A DNA stretch of 64,000 nt from the NCBI RefSeq assembly GCF_964204645.1, contig NC_134028.1, positions 4,836,001 through 4,900,000 of the forward strand. The letters run 5' to 3'. Source of the stretch: Tubulanus polymorphus. Taxonomy: Eukaryota; Animalia; Nemertea. The position numbers were made by a program, and so were the translations under genes. This document shows positions 54,495 through 64,000 of the stretch, piece by piece; within the stretch, counting starts at the first letter, position 1; each line of letters starts with the position of its first letter. The notes below the pieces were generated by a model, which saw nothing but the letters and a program-made list of their open reading frames with translations, was not told where the DNA came from and made no database searches.

Positions 54495-55100
54495 AAGCAC
54501 TGGTGCCACACACGCGGGCTTAAAAATGCGATGATCTTACGATGAACTATCCATAAATAGTTTCTTTTCAATGAGAATCTTTCCAGCCGCTCTGGGTCAA
54601 TCATCCTACTGTACGTACTGTTGCATGTCAAAACATGTTTCTTAGAGATCAATATTTGCAGATCTTATAAAACACGGAAATAGTTTTAAGATTGAATGTT
54701 TTTGAAAATATTCAGTGCTTGAAGCATTCAAACATTCGGATTCCCGGCACTCCGTCAATATATTTGGTTTAGAAAAAATAGATCAAGCTTTCGCGGGTTT
54801 TTTCATTATCTTTACAAATGAATATGATTGAAGTCTAGCTTTCAGATTGAAATACTGTCGGTTCCGCGTTGCGCCGGGTCTCCGAAAATTGCCCGGTACG
54901 ATTCCGGCCAGACAAGCGTTTACCACGCTCTTACATGGTCTTTAATAGCGGGGATTCGACCTTATGGCAATTCTACTTGGACATCCTAAGCAACAATGTT
55001 ATAACGTAGTCAACTAAGAATCATCCGGCTCGAATCCCTGCCTGACTAACCGAATCTCTATAATGCTGTGCGCGACCGTACTAGTGCGCCACCTGGCTGC

Positions 55101-55144
55101 CTGTCGTCCTTTACTACTTCCGGTCTTATAGCAAGAATTATTGG
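55101..55144 (+). promoter_or_regulatory. RPL34: Probable RPL34 TCT/5'TOP-like start and non-coding first exon
   Basis: Pyrimidine-rich TCCTTTACTACTTCCGG (includes an ETS-like ACTTCCGG), then donor G|GTACGA at 55145 and acceptor TATTTCAG| at 55290, 12 nt before the ATG. Confidence 0.55.
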
Positions 55145-55302
55145 GTACGAGAAAAATTAAATAAGTGTCTAAAATCCCTATTCATCGGCATCGAATGATG
55201 CTGTTCTGAAAAACCTTCAATTGTAGGGTTATTTTCCATGATTTTAAAGAGATTAGTTGTTTGTAAAGCGGTTATATATTGATATTTCAGCCCTGATCGA
55301 TC

Positions 55303-56813
55303 ATGGTTCAGAGATTGACTTTCCGTCGACGATTGTCGTACAACACGAAATCAAACGCGAAAAAGATGTAAGTTTACAATAATTCAGTTGAATCTCAGCG
55401 AATTGATTGCTTTATTCGTAATTCTGGCAGATAATTGATGTAGATGTGACTGCCTCTGATTCGAGGAGGCTCTCGCGTCACCTTCCTTCCTTCCTCTCTC
55501 ATTCGTATGACTTTTTTGTTTATAACAATTTTGTATTTTCTTTTTTTCATGTTTCGTACAGTTCAAAAACACCAGGTATGAATTTTCTAAATTACTGCCT
55601 GTTTGAATCTCTGAAGTTGAAATGTAATTTATTTTTATCTTTTTCTCAGGCGGTCGTTTGGTTTATTTATATAAGAAAAAAGCTGGATCGATCCCAAAAT
55701 GTGGAGATTGTAAGATCAAATTATCCGGGGTAAGTTCCTGTATAATTTTGTGAAATAGAATTAAGTTGTCAGTTATTTTTTCTTTCTAAGTGAAGCATTG
55801 AGCATAAAAACGGGTCATTTCTGATGTCAAATCTTGTGGAACTGAATCCTGTACTTTAACTTTGAAACTGGAATCAGAACTGTAGAACTGAAATAAGTTG
55901 TCAGTTGTTTTTTTGCAATTTAGATTCGAAGCATTAAATTTGCTCATTTTTTATGTTTTACCCAAGTTAAATCATAACTGACCGGAACTAGATCAGAATC
56001 TGAAGGATAATGAACTGTGGAATTATAGGTCCATATAATTCCTTAAAGTGATGCATTTATGTTGTTATTCAGATCACCCCAGCTCGACCAAAACAACTGA
56101 TGTCGATGTCTAAACGACACAAGACTGTAACGAGGACTTATGGCGGATCAAGATGCCACAAATGTGTGAGAAGCAGGTTCGTAATTAGATCCTTCAGTTT
56201 CACGCAGCTTAAAATGGTGCAGTTTTCATTGTAATACCAAGAGCGCCCACCAAGTACAGTGAAAGAGGGCATTAGCCGTAGCACCAAGTTGGGATTAGGG
56301 GTCATTCATTTATTACGTACGCATTAGGGGAGAGGGGTCAGTGCTATTGCGTACTGTAATGCTTAATGTATACGAAAAAATGGCCGATTTTGCGTACAGG
56401 GGGGAGGGGGGTTGAAAAATTCAAATTTTATGCGTATGTAATAAATGAATGATCCCTTAATTGACAATTTAAGTGATTTGATTACTTATCAGACGATTCA
56501 CTTAACCAAGTTAGACTGTATTTCACTGACCGAGTTTGGTGAAAATGAACCCACAGTCACATATTGGGAATCCCCTGGATTTTCAAGTAGAAAAGGGCCC
56601 AATCTACTAAATCTATGGCCCTAACTAGGGCATTGGCACCCCTCGACCTCCTATGGGGACGGGACTCCCGCCCATCATGAGTTGAGCAGGTTTTAATGTG
56701 ATTAATATTCGACGCTTTTATTTGATTTCAGAATTGTTCGTGCTTTCCTGATTGAAGAACAGAAGATAGTCGTTCGAGTGTTGAAGGCTCAACAAGCTTC
56801 CGCCAAGAAATAA
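55303..56813 (+). CDS. RPL34: 60S ribosomal protein L34 (eL34), 114 aa; join(55303..55367,55562..55575,55650..55729,56073..56176,56732..56813)
   Basis: Spliced translation [114 protein letters not shown] is clearly eL34. All introns are GT-AG with matching phases; AATAAA is at 56841. Confidence 0.96.
56298..56456. mobile_element. PIF/Harbinger (Tourist-like) MITE, 159 bp, TTA target duplication, in the last RPL34 intron
   Basis: TTA|GGGGTCATTCATTTATTACGTACGCAT ... ATGCGTATGTAATAAATGAATGATCCC|TTA; TIR matches at 25/27. Confidence 0.88.
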
Positions 56814-57251
56814 CTATTTATGTTTAGTATCAGGATTCGAAATAAAAAAAATATTTAAATGATAATATTGCATCAGTTGTTTTCTGTGTGGATGGATAGT
56901 GATAGGATCGATTAGGAAGTTTTGTAAGTCTTCTTTATAACAAAATGTTACTTGAACCACTAGCAACAGATGTAGTAAATACAGGATTTGACGAAATAGG
57001 GACAGCAGCCATAGAGACTTGGAGAAAACAGTGATAGAGGAGACCAGGCCATCGGCATATTAGATGAGACTGGACAGTAGCAATAGAGGACAGTAAACAC
57101 TTGGAAGAAAAGACTAAGAAAAAAGAGATTTTGTTATAAATAATTATATTAACTTCAGTATAATTCTCCCTACAACAATGAATATATAAAAACATAATAC
57201 AATATATATATATATATATAAATAAGAGGACGGATGGAGTGTGTAATAGCT

Positions 57252-60200
57252 CTAGCTGCCTGAGTGAAATTCTTCAGGATGTGCAGATTTGTAATCTTCA
57301 ATAAATTTCTCGGTTTTGATTATCACCTGATACGTTTCTTCAATCTAGAAATTGATTCATGGTTCAGACAGTGAATGCGTACAGCATAAGAGAACGTAAC
57401 GATAAACCACAGTTCTGCTAATAATGCTAAACGTACCTGTTTTAAAGATTCCTCATCTGCTGCAAATAGATGAATTCCTCGTTCATAAACCCGTCTAGCA
57501 GTGTCTAAATCTCCAGATGAACATGCGAATCTAATTGCTAATGACATGTTATGAGCGTCTTGAGTAAATTCAATCAGTTTTAATAAGTACTTCACAGCCA
57601 TTGAATAATTCTTCTGCACACGATATGTATCAACGAGTTTGCCTAATATATGCTGCAATTCAACATTCAAAATCTTATAGTTAAGTCAGAGTACAGTGGA
57701 ACGTTATAATGAACTCAGATTTCATAAACAAAGTCAAACTATCTAACTTATTTTAAACTGGATACAAGAAACTAATACTACAAACTAATTTTCTCGTCCC
57801 CTGAGTTTGTTGTAACAAGGTTCAACTTATAATTCCAGTAATATGTGCTGTATAAAGGAAAATACCTGGTTATCAGGATGTTTGTCATGTCCATACTGTA
57901 ACACAGATATTGCGATATCAGGCAGTTCAGCTCCCATAATGAAGTCAAACAACTGAGGGAATACTGCTGGCTTTTCTGAATAAACTGATGACTTCAGAAA
58001 TGAAACAACCACATCCGAATCTCCAGTCGGCAATAATTCAAATTCCATTTTGCCTCTGATTAAGTAATCGCTCTCTGGAAATCTTACAATATGAAATTAA
58101 GATCAATAATTTTAGGTAACATAGACAGAGACAAAAACAATAATATGAGATCTTAGTGAAGAAAAAAGAACTAACTTTCACACATTGTCAACAGTTTCAA
58201 TTACCTTTCCAAACCAGCATCAATTGTATATTGATATGATCGCTCAATTTTTGAATCTAGTTTTCTATCAATTTGAATCAGCTGCAAGTAATGTATATCC
58301 TCTCCAATGTTATAAGGTATCATTCCCAGCAGAACTTTTCTCGCTTTCTCAAATTCCTGCGCTTCAAGGAAATGAGTGATCATAGATCCATGTATTGGTA
58401 TCACTTGAGCGTTGTATCCAGCTTTCAACCTTTCCTGCAGCATTTCAACTACACAAAAAGAAACTTAAATTTCAAAGGTATTCACGAATTTCATCTACTA
58501 TTCAGACTATACCGAGTCCAGTTGATTGAGTGGATCAATTTTTCAAACTTACATGTCAGCCAATATTGTTCTTCAGCCTCTTGCCATCGATTTGTTAACA
58601 TCATTATTTTGACTGCATTTTCCGTACTGTTATACAACTCTACCCAAGTAGTTGCAGTTGAATTCTACAAATAGACATATAGATTTTAATATAGAAAGTA
58701 AAGACTTGATAAAGCAAGTTATACATAGTAGGCCAACTTACCTTGAATATACCCAGCGCTTGTAGAGTATATTTTAATGCTAACTCAGAATCATTTTCCA
58801 TGCAAGCTATAACAGCGAGATTACTTAATGTCCGAGCAACATGTAGTGATTCACTTCCTAAAGCATTCTCACTGATCTGAAGAGCCCTGAAATGAATGTG
58901 ACGGGAATATATACAACAATTTCACCATTGTAAGTCCAATATGTTTTAAGCATCGTGGATAACAGGAGATATCATCAATTACAGCTCTCTGAAGTTCCCA
59001 AACCTAGGTAAGTACTAGGCAGTTATTTTCATTAATCACATAACTCAGAATTCATTGAATTTTCTACTCACTGCTCGTACAGCTTTTTCGCATTTTCCAA
59101 ATCTCCTTTCCTACGTTTGCACATAGCTAATGAATTGAGAGCGTTTCCGAGTTCCGGTGGTAGTTGACCGGGGTACGCTTCATTATACCACTATGGAGAA
59201 GAAATATTCAACAGGTTCAGTATCTCGATATTTTATAGGATACTAGAGGCATTAAAGTCTAATACAATAAGAGTTAAGTTTGAAGATGTGAGAATCTACC
59301 TGAACACTTTTTTCTAGGTATTCGATTGCAACTGATAAGTGAGGGTTGTCAGGCTCAGGAAGAGGTCCAGCTTGATCCAAAGAAACGACACCCAGGTTAT
59401 GGTATGTTAGAGCTCCTTCGCGTAAAATCAATGTTTTCGGCAATCTCTGGCATACGTCCAATGACTTTAAGAAGTATTCTTCAGCCTGCAATTCAATCAA
59501 AGTATGCTGGGCTGGACATAACAATCAATCAAGCACTCAGAACTACTGCAAATACACCAAAGATCTTTAGGAGAAAATGCATCCCTTACCTTATCAGAAA
59601 TACCCTGACGTAGATAGATTACTGCTAATCCATGGTAAGAGGAAGACAAAGCCTTGATTTCACTATCATTTGTGGCATCAAAACTGAAAATGGATATTAC
59701 CAACAGCATCAGTGAAATTCATTTATCAAACCCATTTTTCATTGTAGGAGCATCAAAACTAATTCTACCTTTCGCATTGTTTTAAGACTTTCTTATGCAA
59801 GATTTCGCCTTCATCATATTTCTCTTGATCAACAAGACATATCGCCAGTGCATTCATGTAGCTTGTGATAAGTTTCTCTTGTAAAGGATGATATGAAGTC
59901 CTCTGATAAAACAATTAAGGGTAAATATTCATCTTATAGTGTGTATTGTAGATATATCATACAGAAAACTCAGTCCATTACCAAAACTCAGTAGCATTAG
60001 GGCAAATGTAAATATTTCACGGAATTGAGAATAAGGAAAATGGAAGGTTCCCCTTACAAATTTCAGTAAAATCCACGGGCCCAAGACTTGAGCAGTTTAC
60101 TGAGTTGACCAGTACTGGGTGAAAGAGGAGTTGACTGTATTGAGAAGGATGATGATTGTTTCCAGTATAGCCTACCAATACTTACTGCACAATGAAGCAT

Positions 60201-63200
60201 CCCTCTTACTAATATCTCTTTACCGTGGTGCCATTCATTGAAATCAAAAAGATGCATCAATTCCAACATTACATATTCAATCTAAAAATGAATAAGAATA
60301 ATTAACAACCGATAAACTGATTGTATTCCCAGTCATGAAGATAATGAATACTTTAAAAATTGATGTGAAGTTTGTTCGTCAGTTTCGAGATTTATCTAAA
60401 TCTCATCTTCAGAAAAATAATAAGAGGTTTTACTAACTGTTTCTCTGAAAATGGGATTTAGATAAATCTCGAAACTTATTAGTTAGATAAATCTCGAAAC
60501 TTATTATTAATTTATAAGGGCTTTCTGATGTATGATAACTATTGAAAAGAATGGTCAGTAATGCTGTAGATATAAAGGGCCTGGTAAGAAAAAGTGGTAG
60601 CTTTTTATCTGTCTTTCAAAATAGTAAACCACAGTATTGAGAAAGATGATTACCGGCACAAGTGGACTGAGATCTTCATAATGTTCCAGTTGATCCACAT
60701 AACAATCAACAATCAGTTCATTCAGTTTATTTAAATATCGAACAGCTACAATTTCCTGTTTGAATTGCGTCTGCTTCCAATAATTACAAACCATAAATTC
60801 TTCTCTGAAATGAAGGAGAATACATAATACAATGCAAAAACACGAAAAATATATAAGGGCATTTCGATAAGAACTTACTCTTTGAATAATTTCATGAAGC
60901 AAAAATAATCAAGTAGAATTTCCGCCAACATGTCGGTTTTTCCAGCTCTAAGAAAGAGCCATGGAATTTCAAAAATCCAAACAGGCATGGAATCACTGAA
61001 TGACCTTGCTGGCTGAAAAGTTTATCCAAAACTGACTAACGTAATGGACATGATTACAGTATCAATACCTCAAATTAATCAAACTCACTGTTTTTTTGTA
61101 TTCCGCATACAAATACAAAGCAATTTTACCAGCAATTCTTTGTAACTTTTCTTTACTGGTCAAGTAGCGCTTTTCAATGGCAGTTGTTAACTTTGGAAAA
61201 CCAATGCTGTAATAAAGAAACGAATATGTATTACAATTCAGGCTCAGCCGCTCAGGTCTAAGCTTGAAATCGGCGAGAGTATACCTTAAAAGTCCATCTT
61301 TAAGAACGAGATATTTTTCGATAGCGAAATAAAGTGGGGACCAGAGATGTGACGGCAAATGAAACAATGCGACAAGCTGCATCTCAGAAATGCCTCGACT
61401 CATGATTGCTATCGATGTTAAAACGGTCTCGACCAGATTTGGGAATTCATCCGTGTTGTAATCTTGGTCGAGTTGTTCCAAATATTTCATGAACGCTTCA
61501 TCGATGCTAAAAACGAGAGAATACAAACTGATTAAATCTGACATGTACATTTTCTTCAACTACGTCGATGAAATGAAAAATACCTTTTTGCCTCTAGAAA
61601 ATTTTCAATCTTCTTTGTAATATGGAGATAATATCCTACAGTGCACAATCCATCCACCATGATATTCAGAAACATCGGATTTGAAGTCTGATCAGCTTGC
61701 AATACTAATTTCCTTTGTTCAGTAGAAAATTCTTTACTTCTCATGGTAAGGATGGCCTGAAATTAGTGACTCGATAATATCAGAATTGGTTAAGTTATCC
61801 AATTGAATGTATCAAATTCTAGTGATAATTCATACTAATTCTTTGAGTTCACTTGAAAAATAAATTCTTAACGCCTTACATCACATAATTCAGCCTTCTG
61901 CGCCAGTTCAAGAGGTTGTATATTCAGTGGTTTGTATTTACGGTTCTCGACTAATTCAGAAATTGTGGCTTCATCATCCGAGCGAGTTGAAACCAGAATA
62001 AAAACTCCATCACTACGAACCTTGGGAAGCCAATATAACAACTGAAACAAACACAATCACATTCCCAGAAGATAATTAAATAGACCCTCATTAATCACAG
62101 CACCCTGAGGTTTTGGTAATCAAGAGAAAAACTTTGAAAAACGTTTTGAAAAATTTGCCCATACCAATTGAATCAAAACATTACTGATAACTTACATAGT
62201 TTTTTTTCGATTGTCCATTTTTCTATAAATCAAAAGAAGGCACACGATTACCTTTGACGTTTTTCCTATATCTTCAACTCGGTCGATACCATCGATGATA
62301 ATATATATCGTCTTTCCATTTTCAGCAGCAGTATCGAATAGATTTTGCAGTTCTCTCAGATATTGTTCTATCTGATCGGTTTTACTAACTCTTCCATCTA
62401 AACTAGAATCCTTACCACTGTCATTAACCGCTATTCCTAATCCTTTTCCGATTGTTGATTTCATTCGAAATAGAATGTTCTGTTTATCTGTATTAAAGAA
62501 TAAAGTACAGATTTTCAATTTTCAATTTCCAATCTGAGAATGCATCAACTATGGTGTATGTATGTAATTTTTAAAATCTTTTTGTGATCAATCTTTTTTA
62601 TGGCTTGCCCATTATCACCTTTTTTTACATTTACTGCTATATGTACTTTACCTGTGCTATGCTGAGGAAATCCGACAAAATGATAAGCAATGATTGAATT
62701 GGAAACTGATTGCAGAGAATTCAGCCACATACTGATAGCTGAAGACTTTCCCGATCCTGATTCACCAAGAATCAACAATTTTCTATCGCCTGAAAGATTA
62801 ATGAATCATTATTTAATACATACTCTACCTCATACCCATAAAATAATCATATACGCAACATTTTCACCTGATGAAAAATGCTGTTTAATCTCATTTACAT
62901 AATTCAAATCTCTGACATAAAGTGTGCATCGACTATTTTTGAAAGCTTCGTGTTGTTGCCATTCCTGTTGAGCTGGAGTCAAATCGGGTGGTGCTACTAA
63001 TAGTACTTCATTTAGATATTTCCAAACAGAGTTGAACATGAATTCCACCCCCTATGAACAAATACACTATTATCATTAAAAACTGCTGTAAAATGCAAAC
63101 ATGTATCTAATCATCTAACTTACTTCTTTTGGAGTTTTATAAGCCATATTGATACCAATTGTCTGAAATCAGAAAATTTATGAATATACACGTAATATCA

Positions 63201-63939
63201 AACCCTGCATATTAAGAATGGAAAAGTGGAGTCCGAAAAGTTCCCTTGAGCTAATATTTACTCAACATTTCGACTAAGTCATCTACAGTAAGACTGAAGT
63301 ATGATAGGCTATACCATAGTCAAAATATCGAATAAACTACTAGCTCATGGAAACATTTCTTCTATTTTCAGTGTAGGAAGTATTTGTTAATACCTTTGAT
63401 TCGGAATGTTTTACTCTTTGTTTCAGATCATCCATATATGATTTCGCGTGCTCACTTTCAACCATATAAGCTTTAACTTCCCATTGATCTCCAGCCTCTA
63501 AAGCTTCTTGACGGTTCTTATCATCAAATGACTGCAAGTTAAAATATAATATGACATCAATTGAATATCTTAACCAAGGCACGATGCTGTTGCATTCACT
63601 ATCAGTGCTGAGTGCCAGGGTGCCTACATTTACACGATTTGCTTTCTTCCAGGATACCCTGCTGTTATTTCACCTCAGTATATAAAAAAGTCATAATGTC
63701 CTTATTATCTAAATCATCATTGTATTCAATTACATATTGATGTAAATTATTCAGGAAATAGAAGATAAGATATGATATGAGTGTTAAGCGAGTGCTGCGG
63801 CCTGCAGTTGTGTGCGGGAAACACTTTATCTACCTTGTCTCGAAAACAAATACAAGTAGCCATCGCGCCGGGATTGTTTAAATGACCATGTAGAAATTCG
63901 AGTTCAGTCACGCTGCGGTCACGGTACTTTTCCACCCAT
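57252..63939 (-). CDS. DUF4062-NACHT(STAND ATPase)-TPR protein (TTC41/NPHP3-like architecture), 5' end outside the window; 23 exons, about 1145 aa visible
   Basis: Exons 5'->3': 63939-63834, 63531-63394, 63162-63124, 63051-62868, 62789-62652, 62487-62252, 62041-61880, 61756-61584, 61506-61285, 61206-61089, 61012-60879, 60804-60654, 60281-60186, 59902-59769, 59683-59590, 59485-59300, 59190-59072, 58886-58742, 58664-58553, 58448-58205, 58082-57866, 57652-57437, 57326-57252 (TAG). All are GT-AG with consistent phases. Motifs: RSVTELEFLHGHLNNP (DUF4062 end), Walker A GESGSGKS, AYHFVG, Walker B IYIIIDGID, YWLP, ILVST, NPMFL, and TPRs (YMNALAICLVDQEKYDEG, YHGLAVIY, YHNLGVV, LNSLAMCKRRKGDLENAKKLYEQAL, LSNLAVI). 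Confidence 0.88.
57693..57828. mobile_element. Degenerate Tc1/mariner-like MITE in an intron
   Basis: TA|CAGTGGAACGTTATAATGAACTCA ... TGAGTTTGTTGTAACAAGGTTCAACT form imperfect inverted ends. Confidence 0.45.
60381..60506. repeat. Intronic foldback (36-bp arms) with tandem duplication of one arm end
   Basis: 60381-60416 versus the reverse complement of 60441-60476 match at 33/36. TTAGATAAATCTCGAAACTTATTA is repeated at 60458 and 60483. Confidence 0.85.
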
Positions 63940-64000
63940 CTGAACAACGCGCTGGCAACATCGAAATTCTTCTGAAGGGTTGCATCATTTTCACCGTGCC

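Noticed and set aside
55395-55485. Possible H/ACA snoRNA in the RPL34 intron at 55368-55561 (hairpin-AGATAA-hairpin)
   Set aside because: The terminal box reads ACC rather than ACA, pocket-to-box distances are about 9 nt rather than 14-16, and no target was identified.
56461-56566. Possible H/ACA snoRNA in the RPL34 last intron (two hairpins ending ACAGTC-ACA-TAT)
   Set aside because: There is no ANANNA H box between the hairpins, the 5' pocket is only about 1 nt, and the region overlaps probable transposon ends.

Overview
AT-rich eukaryotic genomic DNA with spliceosomal GT-AG introns. It looks like an invertebrate animal, but the species cannot be determined from the sequence. Four protein-coding genes are supported: (1) FUT11/POFUT4-like GT10 fucosyltransferase on + (two coding exons, 386-1707 and 2232-2376); (2) CSGALNACT-like chondroitin sulfate GalNAc-transferase on - (main exon 6898-8512, plus a probable in-frame upstream coding exon at 17474-17532); (3) RPL34 on + (five coding exons, 55303-56813, including a 14-nt micro-exon; missed by the ORF track); (4) a 5'-truncated 23-exon DUF4062-NACHT-TPR STAND ATPase gene on - (57252-63939). 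About 38 kb (17.6-55 kb) holds no recognisable host CDS. Non-coding DNA across the window carries many MITEs (piggyBac-, Tc1/mariner-, PIF/Harbinger- and hAT-like, one pair nested), a 5'-truncated LINE, tandem repeats and a Penelope-type minimal hammerhead ribozyme motif. No CRISPR array, rRNA or intact tRNA was found. All gene models and alignments were read by eye and need RNA-seq or homology confirmation.
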